From the NCBI GenBank assembly GCA_008080745.1, contig SHMX01000003.1, positions 420,001 to 452,000 of the forward strand: 32,000 nucleotides of DNA, in the 5' to 3' direction. The notes below the pieces were generated by a model. The model did not search any database. It was not told the DNA's origin and saw only the letters and a list, made by a program, of their open reading frames with translations. Position numbers and translations under genes: made by a program. Below are positions 9,510 to 17,967 of this stretch, in pieces. Source of the stretch: Candidatus Thorarchaeota archaeon (GTDB taxonomy: Archaea; Asgardarchaeota; Thorarchaeia; Thorarchaeales; Thorarchaeaceae). Positions within the stretch are counted from its first letter, which is position 1. Each line of letters opens with the position of its first letter.

Positions 9510-9722
9510 ATGGCAGAAACAATAACAAAAGACATGAAAATCGCAGAGGTAGTAACGAAGTGGCCTGAAACTGCTGGCACCTTCATGGAATGGGGACTTC
9601 ATTGTTATGGATGTGCAGTGGCTAAATTCGAGAGTATCGAACAGGGCGCTGTAGCACATGGTATACCAGCAGAGAAACTGGTAGAAGCCCTAAATGAAGC
9701 TGTAGAGAGCAAGGAGAATTAA
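9510..9722 (+). CDS. DUF1858 / hybrid-cluster-protein-associated redox disulfide domain protein
   Basis: ITKDMKIAEVV..WPET...F...GLHCYGC...ESIEQGA.AHG....L...LN signature. GGTGAGG SD before the ATG at 9510. Confidence 0.9.
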   Translation: MAETITKDMKIAEVVTKWPETAGTFMEWGLHCYGCAVAKFESIEQGAVAHGIPAEKLVEALNEAVESKEN

Positions 9723-9742
9723 AAGCTAAGAGGCTGAAAGAG

Positions 9743-10600
9743 TTATCTCTTGTTAGGTCTACTTCGACCATAAAGACGACCTGACTCTTCCTCAGTCATC
9801 TTAAAGCTGTGTTCAGAAGAGGGGAACGATCCCTCTCTGACATCAGATGCGTATTCTGAAACAGCATCTCTGATTATTTTTCTAATATTGGTATATTTTT
9901 TAAGAAATTTTGGTTTGAAGTCCTCAAAAAGGCCTAACATATCCCAAAGTACTAGAACCTGTCCATCGCAATAAGGCCCTGCTCCAATTCCTATAGTGGG
10001 AATATCTATAGATTCCGTTATCATTTTTGCTGATTCAGAAGGAACAAGTTCAATCACTATTGAGAAAGCGCCAGCATCTTCCAATGCCTTTGCCTGTTCA
10101 ATCAATTCCTCAGTAGCATCGGCAGTTCGTCCCTGAACACGGTACCCACCAAATTCATAAACACTCTGAGGTGTCAACCCGATGTGGGCCATTACAGGAA
10201 TCCCAGCATCAACGACCGCCTTGACAGTCTTGATGATATGCGAACTACCACCCTCGATTTTCACAGCCTCAGCTCCCCCATCCTGTAGCATCCTGCTGCA
10301 ATTATGTAGAGCCTGTTCAATGCTGACTTTGTAGGTCATAAAAGGCATATCACCAACAATAAAGGAGTTGGGTTTAGCACGAGCTACCGCTGCACAGTGA
10401 TGAATTACATCTTCTAATCGAACAGGAATAGTACTCTCATACCCAAGAAGAGAATTACCTACCGAATCGCCTACTAATATGATATCAATACCAGCATCAC
10501 TAAGAATAGAGGCTGTAGGAGCATCATAGGCAGTTAGCATAACGATTTTCTTGCCTTTCTCCTTCATCTGACGGATACGATGGGTTGTCATTCTAGCCAA
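9743..10600 (-). CDS. panB: 3-methyl-2-oxobutanoate hydroxymethyltransferase
   Basis: MLTAYDA, ILVGDSVG, VGDMPF, AVKIEGG, AHIGLTPQS, IGIGAGP.CDGQVLV motifs. Confidence 0.97.
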   Translation of the reverse strand: MARMTTHRIRQMKEKGKKIVMLTAYDAPTASILSDAGIDIILVGDSVGNSLLGYESTIPVRLEDVIHHCAAVARAKPNSFIVGDMPFMTYKVSIEQALHNCSRMLQDGGAEAVKIEGGSSHIIKTVKAVVDAGIPVMAHIGLTPQSVYEFGGYRVQGRTADATEELIEQAKALEDAGAFSIVIELVPSESAKMITESIDIPTIGIGAGPYCDGQVLVLWDMLGLFEDFKPKFLKKYTNIRKIIRDAVSEYASDVREGSFPSSEHSFKMTEEESGRLYGRSRPNKR

Positions 10601-10681
10601 AGTAATTCTCCAAGATATAGTGAGTAAATGGGACTATATATAGAATTTCTATGGCACATACGTATTCTATGATTATTGCGA

Positions 10682-12649
10682 TTATCTCTTTCTACTTACC
10701 ATAAAGACATCAGAACGTGGGACAAATGCACCTTTTAGAAACCTACGAAGAAGTTCGATCATTGCCCCACGTCGTATTCCTTGTTCCTTAGCAAATGTTG
10801 TAACTGGTATAGCCCCGGATTCTTCGGTCATCTCATGCAATTTGAGTATCCAGTCACGTGTAACAATCACCCCCGCTTTTGCAACAAATACATCCTCATC
10901 ATCAAGCCGAGTTCTTATTCGACTGGATAGGTCTGAATAATCTACTCTTAGACGTCTTGAAGTAATCATGAGGTCATAGCTGCCTTTAGTATCCAGGGCC
11001 CATCTCATCAGACTGAAGATAGTATCAATAGAGATTAGGGTACCGGTTGTACTTACTAAGGCATCCAGTGAAAGACTACTGATAATCTGGCGTACATCCG
11101 AAGGATCGAGCATTCTTTCTCTGGCTTCTTTCCCCGGGTCCAAGACACCTTTTGCTGTAAAGATTTGTTTGAGTTCACGTTTTAGTTTGGATACGGGAAC
11201 CAGTCCACCATTGGAATTCATGACAGCATCAGAATCAATCTGAGCTAATAGAGCCTGAGCAATACCGACCGTTATATTGTATTTCTCAACTAGAGTAGTA
11301 GGGTCGACCGACTCACCAGAATCTAATGAACATGTAATCTTCGTTCTTGCCCAAGAGATTGAAAGGTGGTCTCCCGATTTGTTGGATACCGTTCTCATTC
11401 CAAATTCCTTGAGTAGAATATTTAGAGTAGGATTAGTTATACCCCATTCATCCTCAACGGAATCTATAGATATTATTCCATCCTCAGATATTTCATCTAG
11501 TAGCCAACGGCGGAATACTGCTGTTGATATGTATTTTCCACGTCCGATAGTTCTGGCATTTTCATTATTGCGAAGAATAGTTTCTACGATTCTTGCATCA
11601 ATACCTAGATTGTCAGCTTCTTGGTGTACTTCTATTCTTCCTGTAAGGGTCAGATTATCTAATACGCGTTCTTTTAGATAATCGTAAGTCACGATAATTC
11701 CATCATCATCTACAAAGAATTTCTTTCCTGTCCTTCGAACAATTTTCATGAGTGCATCTTGATCTATACACAGTTGTTTTGCCTCGGTAACGGGATTCAG
11801 ATAACCCTCTGATTCAAGAAGGCATTCCAAACGATTAGCGACAATATGAACAGGAAGTAGTCTATGATCTGTTGTCTGTATAACAGACCAACCAAACCTC
11901 CTCATTGCCTCTATGATATCACGTTCGGTAACAGCCAATCTCATTGCCTCCATACTAGGCTCAATAAACCCACTTTTTTCCATTGAACGTTCTAATGTGC
12001 TCCTTAGCCAATCAGTAGAAACAAGAAATCCATTCCCCATTTCGATAAGATTCCAACCCCATCTCTCAACCAAACGAACAAGATCGAAACGCTTTACATG
12101 AAGACGCTGAGCCTCTGAAGTGACATTGATTCGTCCTTGAAGACCAATGACTTCTCTCATGCGCTCCTTAAATTCAGGTACCAATATGTAATCGCCATCT
12201 TCGGTCTGAACAACATCTAAACCCTCTCGGTTTGTGATGACCGCCACTAAATTTTCTATGATAACTTCAGAGATGTCCCACATTGCAGATTCTTTTGCAA
12301 CATGAATTACATGATTATCTACAAGGAGATTATGAAGACGTCTAATAAGCAAGGTTGACGATACTACAGAAGATTTGCTAAAACTCAGTATTGCATTTTC
12401 TGCGTGTCGTGCTGTGTAGATAACAGAGAGAATAGATATGTCCTTTCTGTCAAGTCTAGAGGTGAGTTCGGATACGGATAATGTCATATTAGTAGTTAGT
12501 AACTGCTCCAGCTTTCTGATACGTCGATTTCTTATCCTCTGAATCCAGAAGAAAACACCACCAATAAGGATAAGAAAAAGAATTGCTGCTAGTACAAGGG
12601 ATAGGATAACATCATTACCCAGTATCTGCACTAGCATCTTTCTATCCAA
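10682..12649 (-). CDS. Single-pass membrane protein with about 11 tandem ~55-aa winged-helix-like repeats (UFL1/DDRGK1-like)
   Basis: N-terminal TM (VILSLVLAAILFLILIGGVFFWI) followed by a basic stretch, then recurring G-h-h-x-h-xx-ea-xx-l-x-h...G-x-h-h units. TTG start at 12649 abuts the ATPase stop; alternative ATG at 12637. Confidence 0.7.
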   Translation of the reverse strand: MDRKMLVQILGNDVILSLVLAAILFLILIGGVFFWIQRIRNRRIRKLEQLLTTNMTLSVSELTSRLDRKDISILSVIYTARHAENAILSFSKSSVVSSTLLIRRLHNLLVDNHVIHVAKESAMWDISEVIIENLVAVITNREGLDVVQTEDGDYILVPEFKERMREVIGLQGRINVTSEAQRLHVKRFDLVRLVERWGWNLIEMGNGFLVSTDWLRSTLERSMEKSGFIEPSMEAMRLAVTERDIIEAMRRFGWSVIQTTDHRLLPVHIVANRLECLLESEGYLNPVTEAKQLCIDQDALMKIVRRTGKKFFVDDDGIIVTYDYLKERVLDNLTLTGRIEVHQEADNLGIDARIVETILRNNENARTIGRGKYISTAVFRRWLLDEISEDGIISIDSVEDEWGITNPTLNILLKEFGMRTVSNKSGDHLSISWARTKITCSLDSGESVDPTTLVEKYNITVGIAQALLAQIDSDAVMNSNGGLVPVSKLKRELKQIFTAKGVLDPGKEARERMLDPSDVRQIISSLSLDALVSTTGTLISIDTIFSLMRWALDTKGSYDLMITSRRLRVDYSDLSSRIRTRLDDEDVFVAKAGVIVTRDWILKLHEMTEESGAIPVTTFAKEQGIRRGAMIELLRRFLKGAFVPRSDVFMVSRKR

Positions 12650-15577
12650 CTACAAGGTTTCTCCTTTATCTCTCAGACTCTTTTTGTACAGTTCTAGACC
12701 AACAATGGTTGGGGCTGCAAATAGAATACATATGAGCCAATCCATCCAGCTCAAAGGTATGAAGTAAAAGTGCAGTCCAAATGGAGCAAGTATGGCTTGT
12801 GCGATTGGAACATACATGAGTAATAGATGAGCTAGATAGATGAGTCCAAGCAATATGACATAGCGAATGATTCCAGGTTCCAGAATTCCCTTTGTAACTG
12901 GCATATTGATTCTTCTGATTAGAAGAACGAGAGAGCTCTCCAGTAGCAAAATGACAGTCAGTAACATGGTCCGAGCCTTTGCAAATGGGTCGATTTCCAT
13001 AAATGGTTGATTATTGATTGGATTTATCGCTTCGTGATAGAAACCACCATAATTGTCAATATTCATTGGAATAATTTGCCAAAGTGTCATGGTAAATAAT
13101 GCAGCTGCACCAATAACCATTAGAACAACGTTCAATGTCATAAATTTAGCTATCGGGCGAGTAATGATCTCTTGGCTATCACGCGGTTTCTCTTCCATGG
13201 CTCGTGGTGATGTCTTATCAAAGACCAATGCCAAACCAGGGAAGGAATGGGTGGTAACGACAAGATACAGGCTCTGCCATTGAGAGAGAAAGTTAATGAT
13301 GTCCGGCATCAGGAACATAGCACCGAAGAAGATAATACTCTCAAACAGATTAATAGCGATATAGAAGTATATCATCATTCTAATTTTATTGAAAAGTCCT
13401 CGGCCTTGATGAACACCAGTCACAATTGATGCAAAACTATCATCGGTAATAACCAGGTCAGCAGCTTCCTTAGCAACATCTGTACCAGTTATACCCATGG
13501 CAATTCCTGCATCACTCATGGCCAAGGCAAGAGCGTCATTTACTCCATCACCAGTCATTGCAACAACTTTTCCATCGTCTTGGTATCGTTCTACAATGAC
13601 CTGTTTGTGTTCAGGGTTAACTCTAGCAAAAACATTGACACGGAGGAAATTATCATTACTAAGAGATTCTATCTCTCCTCCTTCAATAGCTAAAGAGTCC
13701 GGTCCGTAGATGTTGAGATTACGAGCAATTGTTTTTGCTGTGGCTGCTGCGTCCCCTGTAATCATAATAACATTGATACCAGCACTGTGACAGGCGTTTA
13801 CAGCCTCTTTTACACCATCACGTGGTGGATCAACAATACAAGTAAAACCAAGATATACAAGATTGGATTCAACATCATCACGGTTTGTATCACTGCTGGC
13901 AGAGTTCATCTCCTTCTTAGCAAGAGAAATAACTCGATATCCCTCTTCAGCATATTTGGTTGTAATTTCTCTGATTTTTTCAATATCTGCCTGAGACATT
14001 TTTCGTTCGTTAGCGTTCCCTCCAATTTTGGTGCATCTTGGCAGCAAGACTTCGGTCGCACCCTTAACAAATGCGACATATTTGCCATCTGCCTCACACA
14101 CTTTGGACATACGTTTGAGTTCTGATTCGAACGGATACTCCGCAATGATTTTGTATTTCTCTTTTACCTCAGCTTCGTCAATTCCGCTTTTTCTGAAAAA
14201 GGTGAGTAGTGCAGCGTCCGTTGGATCTCCAAGGGGCTTCCAATCGATTCCTTGACCAGGTAGTTCCTTCTTTACTATCTCAGCATCATTATTGACACCC
14301 GCACATAATAGCATCTGATAGAGGCCTTTCCAAGCATATACATCACTTACAAGTACTGAGTCTGCTTCGCTAGGATTTTTCATGAATGATTCATCTTTCA
14401 TCCTATACAATTCACCTTCAGGGACGTATCCTGCACCAGATATTGTATAGAGATTTTCAGAATCCCAAGCGATGGTGACGGTCATTTGATTCCGGGTCAT
14501 GGTACCCGTCTTATCACTACAAATAATGCTTACACGACCTAAACTCTCAACAGCTGAGAGATCACGAATAATGACTCCTTTCTTAGCCATTGCAAGCACT
14601 CCAGTAAGAAGAACAATGGTGGTAAGCAAAGGAATATTGATGGGCATGATAGTCATAGCTTTTGTAATCCCAGATGTCAATGCTGCAGTCAATGATGGTG
14701 CTTCAAGTCCGGGATATATGAAAGGTGCAATAATCAAGACCCATAGCACTGATGTAGCCATTAAGCCAATCGAGGCAATTCCCAAAAATTTCGCTAGAAG
14801 GTTTACCTTCTTCCGTAATGGAATATCACCTGTGTTCAATGACTCTAGAGTACCTTGGATTTTACCAATCTCTGTATGCCCACCGGTTGTGGTTGCGACT
14901 GCTTTTGCAGTACCAGTAGCTACATAGGTGCCAAAGAAGACCATATTGCGCATATCAGTAAGAGGGACATCCTCTGATACTTTTACATCGCTATTTTTGG
15001 TAACAGGAACACTTTCTCCTGTTAGAGAAGCCTCATTTGCTGTGAAATTAGAACATTGAATAATTCTTCCATCAACAGGAATCTTATCACCCTGCTCTAA
15101 AATGAGAATATCACCAGGGACAATTTCATGTGGTTCAATCTTCATCTGATGCCCGTCACGGATGACTCTCGATTCGCCTGCAGAAAGTTTCTCCAACGCC
15201 TCAAGTTTCTTTTGTGCTCGAAATTGTTGAAAGATTGCAACAATGCAGTTGACTCCAACGACAGCCAGCCATACAGCTGCTTGAGCAAGCTGATTGCTTT
15301 CAGTTGGTGGAGCTGTAACAGCGAGGATAATCAAAGCTATAGAGCTTAAAAGATAGATATTGATAAGCCAATTCAGAATTGGAGCAAGGTACACCTTCCA
15401 AAAAGATCCCTTAATTTTAGGAATGATATTTGGACCATACTCTTTTTGCCGGTCCTTCACTTGTTGTGCAGAGAGTCCAGTATTAGGATCGGTGTCTAAT
15501 TTTCGAAAAGTTTCATCGAGACTAAGAGCATGGAATTCTTCGCCATGACTGTTGGTGGATTTTTCCTCAGTAATCAT
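12650..15577 (-). CDS. P-type ATPase, P2A (SERCA/PMR1)-like scaffold with a non-canonical transport site
   Basis: LTGES, CSDKTGT, KGATE, DPPR, MITGD, FARVNPEHK and MTGDGVNDA motifs; about 10 TMs. GAGGGA SD supports the ATG at 15577 (the ORF extends to 15616). Substrate uncertain. Confidence 0.93.
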   Translation of the reverse strand: MITEEKSTNSHGEEFHALSLDETFRKLDTDPNTGLSAQQVKDRQKEYGPNIIPKIKGSFWKVYLAPILNWLINIYLLSSIALIILAVTAPPTESNQLAQAAVWLAVVGVNCIVAIFQQFRAQKKLEALEKLSAGESRVIRDGHQMKIEPHEIVPGDILILEQGDKIPVDGRIIQCSNFTANEASLTGESVPVTKNSDVKVSEDVPLTDMRNMVFFGTYVATGTAKAVATTTGGHTEIGKIQGTLESLNTGDIPLRKKVNLLAKFLGIASIGLMATSVLWVLIIAPFIYPGLEAPSLTAALTSGITKAMTIMPINIPLLTTIVLLTGVLAMAKKGVIIRDLSAVESLGRVSIICSDKTGTMTRNQMTVTIAWDSENLYTISGAGYVPEGELYRMKDESFMKNPSEADSVLVSDVYAWKGLYQMLLCAGVNNDAEIVKKELPGQGIDWKPLGDPTDAALLTFFRKSGIDEAEVKEKYKIIAEYPFESELKRMSKVCEADGKYVAFVKGATEVLLPRCTKIGGNANERKMSQADIEKIREITTKYAEEGYRVISLAKKEMNSASSDTNRDDVESNLVYLGFTCIVDPPRDGVKEAVNACHSAGINVIMITGDAAATAKTIARNLNIYGPDSLAIEGGEIESLSNDNFLRVNVFARVNPEHKQVIVERYQDDGKVVAMTGDGVNDALALAMSDAGIAMGITGTDVAKEAADLVITDDSFASIVTGVHQGRGLFNKIRMMIYFYIAINLFESIIFFGAMFLMPDIINFLSQWQSLYLVVTTHSFPGLALVFDKTSPRAMEEKPRDSQEIITRPIAKFMTLNVVLMVIGAAALFTMTLWQIIPMNIDNYGGFYHEAINPINNQPFMEIDPFAKARTMLLTVILLLESSLVLLIRRINMPVTKGILEPGIIRYVILLGLIYLAHLLLMYVPIAQAILAPFGLHFYFIPLSWMDWLICILFAAPTIVGLELYKKSLRDKGETL

Positions 15578-15760
15578 CGCTGTCCCTCTTGGAGTGTGAA
15601 TATTGGATATAATCACAGCAGATAAATGAAATTGTAATCAACTGATAAGTGTGCATTTCGTATCCGATAGAGAATGCTGCACCTTTTGAGTCTTTTCAGC
15701 TTGTTTCGATAAGTTCATGTAAGTTCTTTACCTGAGTGTTTCAAGATTGAGGTAAAACCA

Positions 15761-17728
15761 ATGTCAAATTATTGGGATTATGAACAACCAATTGCACATT
15801 CTTCTTCGACAAGTGGAAAAAAAATAGCTGGTGCATTGATTATTGTAATGTTAGTACTGTCCACAGGAATTGTAGTCCTGCTAGGTATGTTTGAAGGGTT
15901 TCAATTCACCAGAGAGTCAGATGTGAGAGTTGCTGTGCTTGATACTGGAATTGATGCAGATTTCACAATGCAGAGTTCAATTGTTGCAGAAAAGAGTTTC
16001 ATAAACCCAGAAAATGGATACTCATATACTGATACAACAACAGATGATAGCAATCCTGAAGGTTCGCCTCATGGAACAATTGTTGCAAAAGCAGTTCTAG
16101 AAGAATTCCCAGCCGCAAAAATCCTCAATGGAAAAATAATGAATAACGAAGGAACTGCTACGACATTGGGAGTTATTGCAGGGATAAAGTGGGCAATCGA
16201 GCAAAATTGCAGCGTAATTAATCTGAGTCTAGGCTCTAGTCCCTCGTATAATGATAGCTTGGAAGAAACTATCAATTGGGCATTTAATCAGGGTATAGTT
16301 ATTGTAGCATCAGGAGGTAACGAGGGTGAAGAGGGTCTTAGCGGAACAAGTATTTCTTCTCCAAGTGTGTTTGAAAGATGTGTTTCCGTTGCGGGCATGG
16401 ATAGAGATGGCACCCCAGCCGGTTTTACCAGCCATGGTCCAACTGGTTCGTTCTATATGAAACCCGATATTGCTGCCCCAGGATATGTTCAGTCAGGCTC
16501 ATACATTTATTTCGGAACAAGTTTTGCATCTCCCAGAGTTGCAGGCGGTGTTGCGGATATTATCGATTATTGTATCAACAATGAGATAGATTATTCACCG
16601 GGAATGATCATTGCTGCTCTATTAGAAGGAGCAAGACAATTAGAATATCCAGAGTACATTGTTGGAGCAGGAGCAATGAGTATTGCTCAGTCAAAACTGT
16701 TAATCTCGGATGCCAATGATGGGACCGGAATTCCAAACATTGCTTACGCACATCCTAGTTATTTGCCAATTGAATATGAGAAATTATTCTATGGAGACAG
16801 GTATCAGTTCAAGATTCATCTCTTCTGTGGAGGGGTAGGAACATTTGATGTGGATGTATACAGTACAACTCCTGAAGTGTTTGATATCACCGAAACTGTG
16901 AACATCAATCAATCAACACTTGTAGATCTAATGATTGAGGCCCCTAGCTCAGGAAACCCTGAGATTGATGCAAATATCGGATTTTGGTCTTCTGATTTAG
17001 GAATGGCTAATTTATCCATTAGTTTCTCGTTAACAGACCCGGTTGCAAGAGTTGCCTTCGATAATACACATACAACATGGGATATCGACACAAAATACGG
17101 CCAATTCAGAGAATTCTACAAAAAATTGGTAGGAAATTCAATATCAGTTGAACATATCACTGACAGAGCAGACATCACTCTGAGTAACTTTAATCGATAC
17201 GATGGCATCATAATGTTAGACCCATGTGCATGGGATGTAGACGATTCAGATGCCACAAGCCGCTTTTTGTTCTCCATACCTTTCACACCAGACGAGATTC
17301 AAGTATATCAGGACTACTATGAGAATGGTGGCGGGTTATTCATTTCTGCTTTATCAAACGAAAGTTTGGATATTTCAAGCCTCAATGACTTTCTGGATTG
17401 GGCAGGATTGGAACTAGCTAGCGATAAACTCCCAGGAGCAGATGCTGTTGCAGAGGTGTCAAATCTGGCGAATCATGATATAACAGATGGAGTAGACTCC
17501 TTCGATTTTGTGGGTGCACCATTTTCAGCATCAGGAACTGCAACCGTACTAGCAACCCTGCAGAGCAGAGCAGTCCTAGTGAGTAACACACATTCCTCAG
17601 GTGGAAGGATGGTGGTTACAGGTACCAATTTCTTCATTGATAATTGGGGAATGTTGGGAGAATATAATTCGAATGATAATGATATTTTAGCTCTACAAGT
17701 GATTCAATGGATAACGGGACTAATTTAG
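15761..17728 (+). CDS. Membrane-anchored S8 subtilase with an Ig-like domain and a C-terminal GATase-like (DUF4350/GIFT-type) domain; site-1-protease-like
   Basis: Catalytic D61 (VAVLDTG), H104 (PHGT), oxyanion N187 (GGNEG), S254 (GTSFASP); N-terminal TM; C-terminal VAFDNTH...[10 protein letters not shown]...GGRMVVTG domain. GAGGT SD at 15749-15753. Confidence 0.9.
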   Translation: [655 protein letters not shown]

Positions 17729-17841
17729 TATAAAAGAATCAAGGTGTACCCGATAACACTATCCTTGCGCACAGTCGGTACTTTAAAAAGGTAGTTTCCT
17801 TGTAAAACATACAATCAAATTACCGAGTCGAAATCGGCATT

Positions 17842-17876
17842 GCTGACAGTAGGAGTATTTTACTTCGATTGTCAGC
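17842..17876. other. Intergenic stem-loop
   Basis: GCTGACAGT-A-GGAGTA-TTT-TACTTC-G-ATTGTCAGC folds into about 15 bp with one mismatch and two G-U pairs. Confidence 0.45.
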
Positions 17877-17967
17877 TTCATATATTCTAATTCTTAGTAT
17901 CAATCATCACATTTAACACTGGCTTCAAGTGACCTGTGATTCATAACCCAAAGAGTGGTTTTTTCCA

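Noticed and set aside
12650-15616. Plain annotation as a Ca2+-transporting ATPase, or as a true P4 flippase
   Set aside because: The Ca2+ site II residues are missing, yet the A-domain has TGES rather than the P4 DGET and M4 keeps the second Pro; neither label is supported.
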